Shown here one piece after another: positions 1 through 8,961 of a stretch of 64,000 nt of DNA. A program made the translations under genes and the position numbers. The stretch is from Candidatus Doudnabacteria bacterium (GTDB lineage: Bacteria; Patescibacteriota; Doudnabacteria; UBA920). Location of the stretch: assembly GCA_963768175.1 (NCBI GenBank), contig CAVYGQ010000001.1, forward strand, positions 766,305 to 830,304, in the 5' to 3' direction. Under the pieces are notes generated by a model. It saw nothing but the letters and a program-made list of their open reading frames with translations. It was not told the origin of the DNA and did no database searches. How positions within the stretch are numbered: the stretch's first letter is position 1; every line of letters begins with the position of its first letter.

Positions 1-146
1 CTAATGACGCTTATACTTCCGCCGCAGCCGGGGTATACGTTAACGGAGCTGCAGGCGACGAGCTTTATAAAAAGGTTAGCACGTTCTATAATGCAGCGGA
101 CTTAGCTGAACAACTGCCTAAAACATTAAAACATCTACTTGCTTAA
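1..146 (+). CDS. nnrD: 3' end of NAD(P)H-hydrate dehydratase (YjeF C-terminal/NnrD-like), partial
   Basis: Frame 3 reads ...AYTSAAAGVYVNGAAGDELYKKVSTFYNAADLAEQLPKTLKHLLA*, matching the C-terminal AA.G...G.AGD...A.DL...LP pattern of the family; truncated by window start. Confidence 0.7.
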   Translation, partial: NDAYTSAAAGVYVNGAAGDELYKKVSTFYNAADLAEQLPKTLKHLLA

Positions 147-182
147 ACCGCGGCCACGGTTTTAGCAAGTACCAATAAATTT

Positions 183-2354
183 ATGATAGAATTGGAAAAA
201 GCTTATGACCACAGCAAGGTGGAAGAAAAAATTTATAAACTATGGGAGGCTTCCGGATTTTTTAACCCGGACAGTTTGCCTGACGCGGAAAAGCGTAAGC
301 CTTTTACCATTTCTCTCCCTCCGCCGAATGTAACAGGTGTTTTACATATGGGGCATGCCTTTGAATACGCCATCCAGGACAGCGTCATTCGGTATCAAAG
401 GATGCGGGGCAAAAGAGCGCTGTGGGTTCCGGGCACTGACCATGCGGCCATCGCCACACAGGCCAAATTTGAAAAGGAACATTACAAAAAAGAAAAAAAA
501 TCCCGGCACGATTACAGCCGCGAAGAATTTTTCGACATGATCAATAAATTTGCCTTAGAAAACCAGCAAGGTATACTGTCGCAACTTCACAAGCTGGGAT
601 TATCTTTGGACTGGAGCAGGTTGGCTTTTACTTTAGATAAAGACCGCGAACTCGCGGTCAGGACTGCCTTTAAAAAAATGTACGAGGCTGGACTGATTTA
701 TCGCGGAAACCGCATGGTCAACTGGGACCCCAAAGGCCAAACCACGGTTTCTGATGATGAGATTGACTGGAAAGAAGAAAAAGTGCCTCTTTATTATTTA
801 AAGTACGGCCCATTTACTATTGCTACTGCCAGACCGGAAACCAAATTCGGCGACAAATACGTAGTTGTGCATCCGGATGATAAAAGATATAAGCAATACA
901 AGCAAGGCGATAAATTAAAAGTAGAATGGATTAACGGACCAGTTACCGCAACCATAATAAAAGATCCTATTATTGATATGGAATTCGGCACCGGTGCCAT
1001 GACTATCACCCCCTGGCATGACGCTGTTGATTTTGACCTTGCCCAGCGCCATAACCTCGATAAAGAACAAATCATCGATGAACGCGGAATTTTGCTTCCT
1101 ATTGCCGGGGAGTTTGCAGGTGACCATATTAAAAAAGCCAGGCCGAAAGTCGTAGAGAAACTGCAGTCCAAAAGTTTAATAGAAAAAATTGACGAAAATT
1201 ACATCCACCGCATTGCCACCAATATGCGCGGCGGAGGAATTATTGAACCGCAAATAAAACTGCAATGGTTTATAGACGTAAACAAAAACTTTACTCTTAA
1301 AAATTCCAAAATTCCCGCAATCCCATCGGGCAGCAAAACAACCTTAAAAGATATCATGAGAAAAACCGTAGCAAGCGGGCAAATCAAGATACTGCCCCAG
1401 CGGTTTGAAAAAATTTATTACTATTGGATAGATAACTTGCGCGACTGGTGCATTAGCCGGCAAATTATTTACGGCCACCAAATTCCAGTATGGTATAAAG
1501 GCAAAGAAATTTACTGCGGGCTAAAAGCGCCCAAGGGTGAAGGCTGGACCCAAGATACTGACACGCTGGACACATGGTTTTCTTCCGGCCTGTGGACTTT
1601 TTCCACTTTGGGCTGGCCAAAAGATACGGTTGACCTCAAAACCTATCACCCCACCTCCGTAATGATGCCGGGGTATGAAATTTTGTTTTTCTGGGTGGCG
1701 CGCATGATTTTGATGAGCGGGTTTTTGCTCGGCGATATCCCCTTTTACGAAGTTTATTTGCATGGCATTGTCCGCGACAGCCAAGGCAAAAAGTTCAGCA
1801 AGTCATTAAACAACGGCATTGACCCGCTGGAAATGACCGCCAAATACGGCACGGACGCTTTGCGTATGGCAATGGTCTTTGGCGCCGCACCCGGGAATGA
1901 TGTAATTTTTGACGAACAAAAAGTCAAAGGCATGAAGCATTTTGCCAATAAATTATGGAATATAGCGCGGTATGTTTTGGCAAATCTTGAGAATAATGAG
2001 ACAGGAATTATGAATTATGAATGGAAACCAATCACTCCAGCTGATAAAAAAGTTGTGGATGCTTTAAAGTTTGCCATAGAAGAAGTAACCGAAGGATTAG
2101 AAAATTTTTATTTGCATGCCGCGGCTCAAGAGATCTATCAATTTACATGGCATAGCTTTGCGGATATTTATATAGAAACAAGCAAGCTACAACTCAAAGA
2201 TGAAAAGCTTAAAGTCAATACCCAAGCCATACTTCTTAACTCATTATTCACAATTCTAAAATTACTCCACCCCTTTATGCCCTTTGTCACCGAGGAAATT
2301 TGGTCAAAGCTTAACCAAAAAGAATTATTGATGATAGCCGAGTGGCCAGAATAA
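183..2354 (+). CDS. valS: Valine--tRNA ligase (compact form)
   Basis: PPPNVTG.LHMGH (HIGH), GTDHAAIATQ, DWCISRQ, DTLDTWFSS, KFSKS (KMSKS) motifs. Confidence 0.97.
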   Translation: MIELEKAYDHSKVEEKIYKLWEASGFFNPDSLPDAEKRKPFTISLPPPNVTGVLHMGHAFEYAIQDSVIRYQRMRGKRALWVPGTDHAAIATQAKFEKEHYKKEKKSRHDYSREEFFDMINKFALENQQGILSQLHKLGLSLDWSRLAFTLDKDRELAVRTAFKKMYEAGLIYRGNRMVNWDPKGQTTVSDDEIDWKEEKVPLYYLKYGPFTIATARPETKFGDKYVVVHPDDKRYKQYKQGDKLKVEWINGPVTATIIKDPIIDMEFGTGAMTITPWHDAVDFDLAQRHNLDKEQIIDERGILLPIAGEFAGDHIKKARPKVVEKLQSKSLIEKIDENYIHRIATNMRGGGIIEPQIKLQWFIDVNKNFTLKNSKIPAIPSGSKTTLKDIMRKTVASGQIKILPQRFEKIYYYWIDNLRDWCISRQIIYGHQIPVWYKGKEIYCGLKAPKGEGWTQDTDTLDTWFSSGLWTFSTLGWPKDTVDLKTYHPTSVMMPGYEILFFWVARMILMSGFLLGDIPFYEVYLHGIVRDSQGKKFSKSLNNGIDPLEMTAKYGTDALRMAMVFGAAPGNDVIFDEQKVKGMKHFANKLWNIARYVLANLENNETGIMNYEWKPITPADKKVVDALKFAIEEVTEGLENFYLHAAAQEIYQFTWHSFADIYIETSKLQLKDEKLKVNTQAILLNSLFTILKLLHPFMPFVTEEIWSKLNQKELLMIAEWPE

Positions 2355-2369
2355 TTAATTTGTATTCTT

Positions 2370-2615
2370 ATGAAAAACAAGTCGCCAGAAATGCCTTTAC
2401 AATCCCGATCAGCCAGCGAAATTTACGACAGTCTGATGGCTAAATATGGGGACAAACCTGTGAAGATAAAAGTTGAGGGAGAACAACTGGAAGACGGTTG
2501 GGAAATTTGTGGGGCCGAGGCAGATACGGTTTATGTAACAAAAAATGTTGTAGGAAAGGGCAGAATAACAAAGAAGTTTCCTCTCAACGAATTTCTGTCT
2601 TGGCAAAAGTTATAA
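2370..2615 (+). CDS. Hypothetical protein, 81 aa
   Basis: ATG ORF 15 nt after valS, followed by a terminator hairpin. Confidence 0.65.
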   Translation: MKNKSPEMPLQSRSASEIYDSLMAKYGDKPVKIKVEGEQLEDGWEICGAEADTVYVTKNVVGKGRITKKFPLNEFLSWQKL

Positions 2616-2617
2616 AA

Positions 2618-2653
2618 ACTTAAACCCGCCTCTCTAAAGAAGCGGGGTTTAAG
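2618..2653. terminator. Probable bidirectional intrinsic terminator
   Basis: ACTTAAACCC...GGGTTTAAGT inverted repeat between convergent genes. Confidence 0.65.
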
Positions 2654-2675
2654 TCAGCCTAATATAAACTATCGG

Positions 2676-3875
2676 CTAATGCGATTTTAAATACGCCTTC
2701 AAACCTCTTTTTAGTACTTCTATGGCCGCGGTTAATTTTTTGCTGCTTAACACATAGGCAATGCGAATTTCGTTTTTCCCCAAACCCTTAGTGATGTAAA
2801 AATCTTCCATGGGGGTAACCATCACGGTCTGATTTTTGTAAACAAATTTGCCGATTAAAAATTTGACGAAGTTTTCGCCGTCTTTTATCGGCAAACCAAC
2901 CGCCTGGTAAAAAGCTCCTTGGGAGGGCTTAAATACCGCACCGGGAATTTTGCTTAAGCCTCTAGCGACAACTTTTTGCCGTTTTTTATACTCTTTAATT
3001 ACGCTTTTCACATACGACCGGCTGTTGCGCAGTAGCGGCACCAAAGCCAGCTGTTCCAACGTGCCGGTAGATAGCCTGGCTTGGGCAAACTTTAAAATGG
3101 TAAACATAATGTCGTTATTAAAACTGGCAATGCAGCCGATGCGCGCGCCGGGCATGGAAAACCTTTTGCTGGCGCTGTCCACAACAATGACATTTCGGCG
3201 GTAAGCTTTTTTACTAAGCAGGCAGGAAGGTTTGCCGGCAAAACGAATTTCGCGGTAGGTTTCATCGGAAATTAAAAATAGGTTGCGTTGTTTACAAATT
3301 CTCAGCACCATTCCCAGCTCGTTTTCGGTCCAAAGCTTGCCGGTGGGGTTATCCGGATTAACCACCACAATGCCGCGGGTTTTTTCGGTTATCTTTTTTT
3401 CAATTTCCGCGGCCGGCGGCGTGACGAAATTATTTTTTATGGGCAGCAGCACCGGCACGAGTTTGACACCGGTCATAACGGCAAAAGATTTATAGCTAGT
3501 ATACAGCGGCTCAAACACAATCAGCTCGTCGCCCGGATCGCAAACCGCCTGCATGGCCAGCATAATGGCTTCGGCGCAGCCCACTGTGGGAATAATATTG
3601 GTCATAGGCAACTTAACGCCAAACTGCTCGTAATACTTTTGCCAGGCGGCGGTATGGGCGGTAATTCCGGGGCTGGGGGCGTAGCTTAAAGTTTTGCCGT
3701 CATATTTGCGGATAACGTTAAAAAACTCCTTGGGCGGGACCAAGTCGGGATCGCCGACGTTTATCTTATAAACTTTTACGCCTTTTTTCTCAGCTTGGTA
3801 CACGAAAGGCAAAAACTTGCGGATGGGCGAAGCTTTAACCGCATCCCCCCTTTTGGAAACTTTTAACTTTTTCAT
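2676..3875 (-). CDS. PLP-dependent aminotransferase class I/II (aspartate aminotransferase-like)
   Basis: NVGDPD, NPDNPTG, ISDETY, SASKRFSMPGARIG (PLP lysine) motifs. Confidence 0.93.
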   Translation of the reverse strand: MKKLKVSKRGDAVKASPIRKFLPFVYQAEKKGVKVYKINVGDPDLVPPKEFFNVIRKYDGKTLSYAPSPGITAHTAAWQKYYEQFGVKLPMTNIIPTVGCAEAIMLAMQAVCDPGDELIVFEPLYTSYKSFAVMTGVKLVPVLLPIKNNFVTPPAAEIEKKITEKTRGIVVVNPDNPTGKLWTENELGMVLRICKQRNLFLISDETYREIRFAGKPSCLLSKKAYRRNVIVVDSASKRFSMPGARIGCIASFNNDIMFTILKFAQARLSTGTLEQLALVPLLRNSRSYVKSVIKEYKKRQKVVARGLSKIPGAVFKPSQGAFYQAVGLPIKDGENFVKFLIGKFVYKNQTVMVTPMEDFYITKGLGKNEIRIAYVLSSKKLTAAIEVLKRGLKAYLKSH

Positions 3876-3931
3876 GATTCTAGGTTTAATTTTAAAAAGT
3901 ATGATAGTATCATACTCATCTGCTGTTATTA

Positions 3932-3972
3932 TACCCCCACACTAAATTTTCTGCAATTTTTAGTGTGGGGGT
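3932..3972. repeat. Palindromic element ACCCCCACACTAAA...TTTAGTGTGGGGGT (family F; related copy at 44994-45024)
   Basis: Long inverted repeat, with a similar element upstream of the exported-protein gene. Confidence 0.65.
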
Positions 3973-4024
3973 AAATCAAAAACCCCCGCCCTTTACGAGG
4001 GTAAAAGTTATTCACCAACTCCTT

Positions 4025-4051
4025 GAGTGCTTATTCGTGCGAATTAGCACT
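4025..4051. promoter_or_regulatory. Putative ArsR-type operator, downstream copy (overlaps the arsR-like stop codon)
   Basis: GAGTGCTTATTCG-TG-CGAATTAGCACT, reverse complement of the 4315-4342 element. Confidence 0.55.
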
Positions 4052-4304
4052 GGTCAAGGATTTGTTTTAGAACCAAAGGTTTTGGATTAACTAAACTATA
4101 AAAAACCATTAAGCTCTGCTGATCGGCAAATACCATTTCCGCGGCTCTTAAAACCGCCAAATGTCGCGAGGTAGATTTAAACGAAAGTTTAATTTCTTTG
4201 GCAATGTCGCCAACCGAAGCCTTATTGACCTTGTCCAGATATTTTAAAATCTTAAGCCTTCTTGCGTTTGCCAAAGCTTTTAATTGTTTTTCTAATTCTT
4301 TCAT
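4044..4304 (-). CDS. ArsR/SmtB-family transcriptional regulator
   Basis: LKALANARRLKIL...SVGDIA...STSRHLAVLR winged-HTH signature; GGAGG RBS. Confidence 0.9.
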   Translation of the reverse strand: MKELEKQLKALANARRLKILKYLDKVNKASVGDIAKEIKLSFKSTSRHLAVLRAAEMVFADQQSLMVFYSLVNPKPLVLKQILDQC

Positions 4305-4314
4305 AAATACCTCC

Positions 4315-4342
4315 GAGTGCTAATTCGCACGAATAAGCACTC
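4315..4342. promoter_or_regulatory. Putative ArsR-type operator (13-2-13 imperfect palindrome) abutting the RBS
   Basis: GAGTGCTAATTCG-CA-CGAATAAGCACTC. Confidence 0.6.
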
Positions 4343-4353
4343 GTCTCCATTGT

Positions 4354-7317
4354 TTAATAGCTCCACGCTAAATCGCCTTTATTGGTACTAACCTTTAACA
4401 AATCCAAACCGGTAATTGATTTTAAAATTACGCCGGTTTTGTCTATGCCGACAAGAGAAGTCTTTTTACCGTTATAAACCGCTAAAATGACATAGGTTTT
4501 CTTGGCGGCCACGTTCTGGGAAAGGAAGGTTAAATTATTGTTTTTATCATATGCCCAAACAAAAGCCAAAATGTTTTTGCTGATATCCTGTAATATTCCG
4601 CTATAACTTAAAGACTGGATGGTAGACTGCATGCTGATTTTGCGGTTCTTTTCCTTAAGCTTAATCTCCGTGTTATTCCCGGCTTGGTCGGTAAGCAAAA
4701 TGTCATTTACATTATCCAGCACGGTAACTTTGGATGTGGTGGAAATATTATCACTGCCGGTAAACTGGATGTCTTTAAGCGAAGGGTTAAATTGTATAAC
4801 CGCTTCCGGGGCGGTTTTGTCTATGGTAAAGTTGGTGGTTTGTGGCTGTTCGTTATTCCCGGCTTTGTCGGTGGAAAAGAAGCTGATTGTATGCAGGCCT
4901 TCGGAGGTAACGCTAACTGTTCCCATTCCTCCCCCTTCTAGGGGGAGGCTAGGTGGGGGTGTTAAAGTTTGCCAAACTCCTCCGTCTAAACTGTATTGTG
5001 TTTTTAGTATTCCCGATGTGGTGGAGGCATTATTGTCTACTATTGGATCTTGCGCAGCCAAAGCCACGCTAACATTGCTCCTGTAAAACCCCGGCTGTCC
5101 CATAGTACCAATAATAGTTGAAGTGGAAACGGGAGGGGTGAGATCTTGAGATTGGTCTGCGTTGATGGTACTATCAGGGGTTACCACAACAGGAGTACTG
5201 GTAGGCGTGGCCTGTAAAGTTAAAGTAGTCTGCCCATTATCCCCGCCCAAATTTACTTGGCCGGTTAAAGCGGGAGTTACCGGCAAGTTAGAAAAGACCT
5301 GGGTTTGGGTTGTGACATTCCCACTTATACTTTCGTCATCCAGAGTAAAGGTCCCTGCCGCCGTACCAGCTATATTAATATCATAATTTTGATTATTATC
5401 CGTTGGTAAAAACACATATTTTTCATCTCCCCAGACTTCATAATCCGCTCCGGGAATAGAATTCTCTATTGAACCGTCCGGCAGAAGCCCTGAATGATTG
5501 CCATCTTGGTCAACTACGTCAATTGCCAAAGGGCTATGAATTTTTAAACTTTCCCCTTTAATTTCACAAAGGTCTGGCTTATTGGCCACTTCACCTTGAG
5601 TTAATATTTTCCCGCTAGTATCCAAAGCGCCGCCCGTAAGAATGTTTACAATTTCCTGACGGGAACCGTCTGCGCTAAGCAGGTTTCCGTGGTTTATGCC
5701 CGGCGCGAAAAATGTTCTGGTCTCATCTACCGGCAAACTGTCCGCGCTGGCAAAAGGTACAGTCCCGTCTCCCGAAGTGACTTTTGGAAAATTAAATGTC
5801 GGGGCCGAATTTTCATTAATCCATTCTGTAAACTTACCCAACGTCCCTGATTTACAACCAACTATGTTATATAAATCCACACCAGCGTTTCTTAAATCGT
5901 AGTTATCAAAATCCGCGGTATGCAAATCAGTACTACTAGCCACGCCTTGATTGTTAGCATAACTAGCACCCACCAAGTTCTGCATAGTCTCGGTAAAATT
6001 TAAGTCTTTATCTAAAATAGGATTTGTTAGAGGATTATGAAGGTGAAAAAAACTTCCGGCTTGATTATAGTATTCTTGCGTCGGAGCCAAATCATAAATC
6101 ACCGGCATATTTTGGCCTATCTTTTTCATTTCTAAAGGATTAAGCTCAGGGACGCCAAAATCGTCCCCCACTACTAAAGCTTTTAAAGCCTGTGGCGCGC
6201 CCAAGTTTGGCACGCCCACAAGCACCGCTTTACCAATATGGTGGTCGGTCGGATTTTCCCTTACATATTTTTTTACCAAAAGTCCGCCTGTACTATGGGC
6301 AACAACATTAACCACACTACTCCCCGTAGTGCTAGCAATATATGCAATCTCTCCTTTTAATTGGTTAACCGTGTCTTCACTAACCCCAAACCGCCAATCG
6401 TAAGGAAAAGTAAAAAGATCCTTGCCTTCAGTGTAACCGATGTCGGGAGAAGTAAGTTGATTAATTAAGCCATCTGTATAATGAGAAATAAAACCTATCG
6501 CTCCCTTTTGTCTTATAACTGACCCTAAGGTAAGACTAGCATTAAGCGGCGTCAAATTTTGATTAAAGGCTAACGGATCCATAAAGCCATCTGAAATAAA
6601 ACTCATTTTTGGATTTGCCCATAATAAATTAGTTCCTTGATATATATCTGTTCCTAAAACCCCAGGGACAACTAAAATGGGAACTTTTTGATTGTCTGTA
6701 ACATAGTGCATTCTAAACCACATTGCATAATTGGGATAAATAAAACTCAGGTTAAATTGACCGGCGCCAAGCCATGGGACAGTATTACTGTCTGTTCCGG
6801 CGGCTTCCACATTTTTCATTCCTCCGAGAAAAAACAAGATAAATTTTTTCGTTAAGTCACAAACCGGGCCATTATTTGGATCTATATTAAATTGAAACGA
6901 AAACTCTTGAAAACTATCACTCAATTGATCTTGACTAACAGAATTAAGCGAGGTTAAGTTAGCCAAAAAGAAATCTTCGTCTTCGCCATGCTCGTTGCAT
7001 AAAACTGTCATCTGTACAGGAAAGTCTTGGCCACCAGGGAATTTTCGAAGTCTAACATCTATAGAAGATAGTTTGGCCGGTACTTGGGACAAAAGTTCCG
7101 GAGGATATTTATTATAATCAAAACTTAACATTGTTAGCCCATAACCTGGTTCTTGCACTTGGGCAACATTGCCATTATCATTAACAAACATATCTCCTGC
7201 ATAAAAAGCCGGAACAATGGTACCATCTTGCAGGCCCTGAAAATAAAAAACATCCGATGCCGAAACAAACGCCGGTATAAGTAATAATCCCGAAACAAGC
7301 ACAATGCGCTTGAACAT
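4354..7317 (-). CDS. Secreted alpha/beta-hydrolase (LCAT/PGAP1-like lipase/acyltransferase) with C-terminal beta-rich/Ig-like domains
   Basis: Signal peptide; VPGVLGT, FPYDWR, AHSTGG nucleophile elbow, GVPNLGAP, GDGTVP, HGNL; C-terminal S.DKAGN.E..IDKTAP repeat type. Confidence 0.85.
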   Translation of the reverse strand: MFKRIVLVSGLLLIPAFVSASDVFYFQGLQDGTIVPAFYAGDMFVNDNGNVAQVQEPGYGLTMLSFDYNKYPPELLSQVPAKLSSIDVRLRKFPGGQDFPVQMTVLCNEHGEDEDFFLANLTSLNSVSQDQLSDSFQEFSFQFNIDPNNGPVCDLTKKFILFFLGGMKNVEAAGTDSNTVPWLGAGQFNLSFIYPNYAMWFRMHYVTDNQKVPILVVPGVLGTDIYQGTNLLWANPKMSFISDGFMDPLAFNQNLTPLNASLTLGSVIRQKGAIGFISHYTDGLINQLTSPDIGYTEGKDLFTFPYDWRFGVSEDTVNQLKGEIAYIASTTGSSVVNVVAHSTGGLLVKKYVRENPTDHHIGKAVLVGVPNLGAPQALKALVVGDDFGVPELNPLEMKKIGQNMPVIYDLAPTQEYYNQAGSFFHLHNPLTNPILDKDLNFTETMQNLVGASYANNQGVASSTDLHTADFDNYDLRNAGVDLYNIVGCKSGTLGKFTEWINENSAPTFNFPKVTSGDGTVPFASADSLPVDETRTFFAPGINHGNLLSADGSRQEIVNILTGGALDTSGKILTQGEVANKPDLCEIKGESLKIHSPLAIDVVDQDGNHSGLLPDGSIENSIPGADYEVWGDEKYVFLPTDNNQNYDINIAGTAAGTFTLDDESISGNVTTQTQVFSNLPVTPALTGQVNLGGDNGQTTLTLQATPTSTPVVVTPDSTINADQSQDLTPPVSTSTIIGTMGQPGFYRSNVSVALAAQDPIVDNNASTTSGILKTQYSLDGGVWQTLTPPPSLPLEGGGMGTVSVTSEGLHTISFFSTDKAGNNEQPQTTNFTIDKTAPEAVIQFNPSLKDIQFTGSDNISTTSKVTVLDNVNDILLTDQAGNNTEIKLKEKNRKISMQSTIQSLSYSGILQDISKNILAFVWAYDKNNNLTFLSQNVAAKKTYVILAVYNGKKTSLVGIDKTGVILKSITGLDLLKVSTNKGDLAWSY

Positions 7318-7327
7318 AAAAATAAAA

Positions 7328-7609
7328 TTAGAATGAGGTATTAATAATTATTATGGCGAAGTATAAATAAGCAAGCAGTAAAATCAATAAAATTAAAGAA
7401 AACAAAAACCAAATATGGCTTTTTTCTTTTTTTGAAATTACCGCCAGCCATGCTGTGCCAAGGATTGAAACAATTAAAAATCCCAATTTAAAATAATTTC
7501 GATAGTCCTCCAACCAATTTCCTGCAAATTCAAAAAAGTGGGTATAAAGTTGAATTAAGGCCACAGGGAGGATAACCAAAAAACAAAGCATTAATATCTT
7601 TTTTTTCAT
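7328..7609 (-). CDS. Small membrane protein (3 TM)
   Basis: Three hydrophobic segments; 10 nt upstream of the hydrolase gene on the same strand. Confidence 0.65.
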   Translation of the reverse strand: MKKKILMLCFLVILPVALIQLYTHFFEFAGNWLEDYRNYFKLGFLIVSILGTAWLAVISKKEKSHIWFLFSLILLILLLAYLYFAIIIINTSF

Positions 7610-7770
7610 ATATTTTGTTTCTTAATGATTTTACTATTGGTTAAGCATAACAAATTAAAAATCCTTGTCAATAGCAAGGATTTTTAAAAATTTCTTATTT
7701 ATTTGGCTAAAATCCAAATGTAGGTGGATAAAAAAATCCTTATAAATAAGAAGTTTTTCAGAATTATCTT

Positions 7771-7947
7771 TTAATTATACCTGCTTGATTTATCCTTCAG
7801 CGCCTCCGCTTCGGCAAAAACCTTGGTTAAATCTTCCACAGTATTGCCTCTGCCTTGCTTCATCGCCTGGCAAATATGGCAATCGGGAAAATAATTCCAC
7901 GGCCCGCGGGTGGTTGTACGAGGTTTTGCTGATGGCTTTTTGGCCAT
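7771..7947 (-). CDS. Small hypothetical protein, 58 aa, CxxC motif (not in ORF track)
   Basis: Manual translation MAKKPSAKPRTTTRGPWNYFPDCHICQAMKQGRGNTVEDLTKVFAEAEALKDKSSRYN*. Confidence 0.55.
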   Translation of the reverse strand: MAKKPSAKPRTTTRGPWNYFPDCHICQAMKQGRGNTVEDLTKVFAEAEALKDKSSRYN

Positions 7948-7982
7948 AATTTTATTTTTTAAAATTGGTTTTTAAACTTACA

Positions 7983-8507
7983 TTATTTCGGAACTGGCAG
8001 GCCGATCTTTTTTAGTGGTAAGAACTGAAAATAATATTCACAACCCATTGAGATAACATAGTCTAAAGAGTCCTTATACCTTGGTTGCCGAAACCAATTG
8101 CTTAAAATATAAATATACTGAACTTTTATATTAAGTGGCTCCATAAGTTTTTTATATATTTTCTTTTTAAAATCGCAGGTTTGTAGCTTTTCATCAACTG
8201 AACCGGGAGTTTTTTGAAACTTTATTTCAATAACAAAAAGAGTGTTGTTTATTATAACAAACACCGCTTCGTCAGGGAGCCATTTTTTTGAAACTATTTT
8301 TTTATAATCAACTCCTTGTGATTCTAAATACTTATAAAGTGCATTTTTTCTATAACTCCTCGCAACCTCCTTGCCATTAAAAAGAATCGTGTGATCGTTA
8401 TATACTGTATAGCCTTTAGTTGTAGACAGCAACGTTAAAATATCTACCCGCTTTTCAAATTTTAGGCCTGTTTTTGTATTGGCTCCACCCTTACCTTTTT
8501 CTATCAT
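7983..8507 (-). CDS. PD-(D/E)xK nuclease, probable type II restriction endonuclease
   Basis: LPDEA...VIEIKFQ...GSVDEKLQ motif; same operon as a DNA methyltransferase. Confidence 0.75.
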   Translation of the reverse strand: MIEKGKGGANTKTGLKFEKRVDILTLLSTTKGYTVYNDHTILFNGKEVARSYRKNALYKYLESQGVDYKKIVSKKWLPDEAVFVIINNTLFVIEIKFQKTPGSVDEKLQTCDFKKKIYKKLMEPLNIKVQYIYILSNWFRQPRYKDSLDYVISMGCEYYFQFLPLKKIGLPVPK

Positions 8508-8526
8508 AAATTTTTGCTGGATGTAA

Positions 8527-8961
8527 TTATAAATTATTTATAAGGTTGAGTTCAATTGAATGAGGCTTCCTATTTCGTTTTAAATACTCTCTTCCATTAT
8601 ATGCCAGCAATACAATAGCATCGTACCCGAGTTTTTTTGCTTTTTTATACATCTTAGAATCTAAACTAATTCTGCGGTTATACCAACCATCACCATCTTT
8701 TAAAGCTCCGGCATATAACTTCTTAAATTCTTTTGGAAACAAATGTTTTAAAATCCTAATTTCGGAAGTGCCACAAATTGGATTCAAAATTTTAACCTTT
8801 TCTGGGATGTCATTCGGCCTGCCGTAAAACTCGGCGTGCTTATATGTGGATGCAAGAAACTTGCCTCTCTTGTTATAAGCATTTGGATCAAGAGGGGTTA
8901 CATGCCACCATTTGGATTTATTAACTTTGTCAATAAGAATTTTTTTTAGAGAAGCTCTCAT
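8527..8961 (-). CDS. Hypothetical protein, possible ADP-ribosyltransferase-like fold
   Basis: WWHVT...GKFLAST...AEFYG...ILNP...LGYDAIV pattern; ATGA/TAA overlap with the MTase. Confidence 0.55.
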   Translation of the reverse strand: MRASLKKILIDKVNKSKWWHVTPLDPNAYNKRGKFLASTYKHAEFYGRPNDIPEKVKILNPICGTSEIRILKHLFPKEFKKLYAGALKDGDGWYNRRISLDSKMYKKAKKLGYDAIVLLAYNGREYLKRNRKPHSIELNLINNL

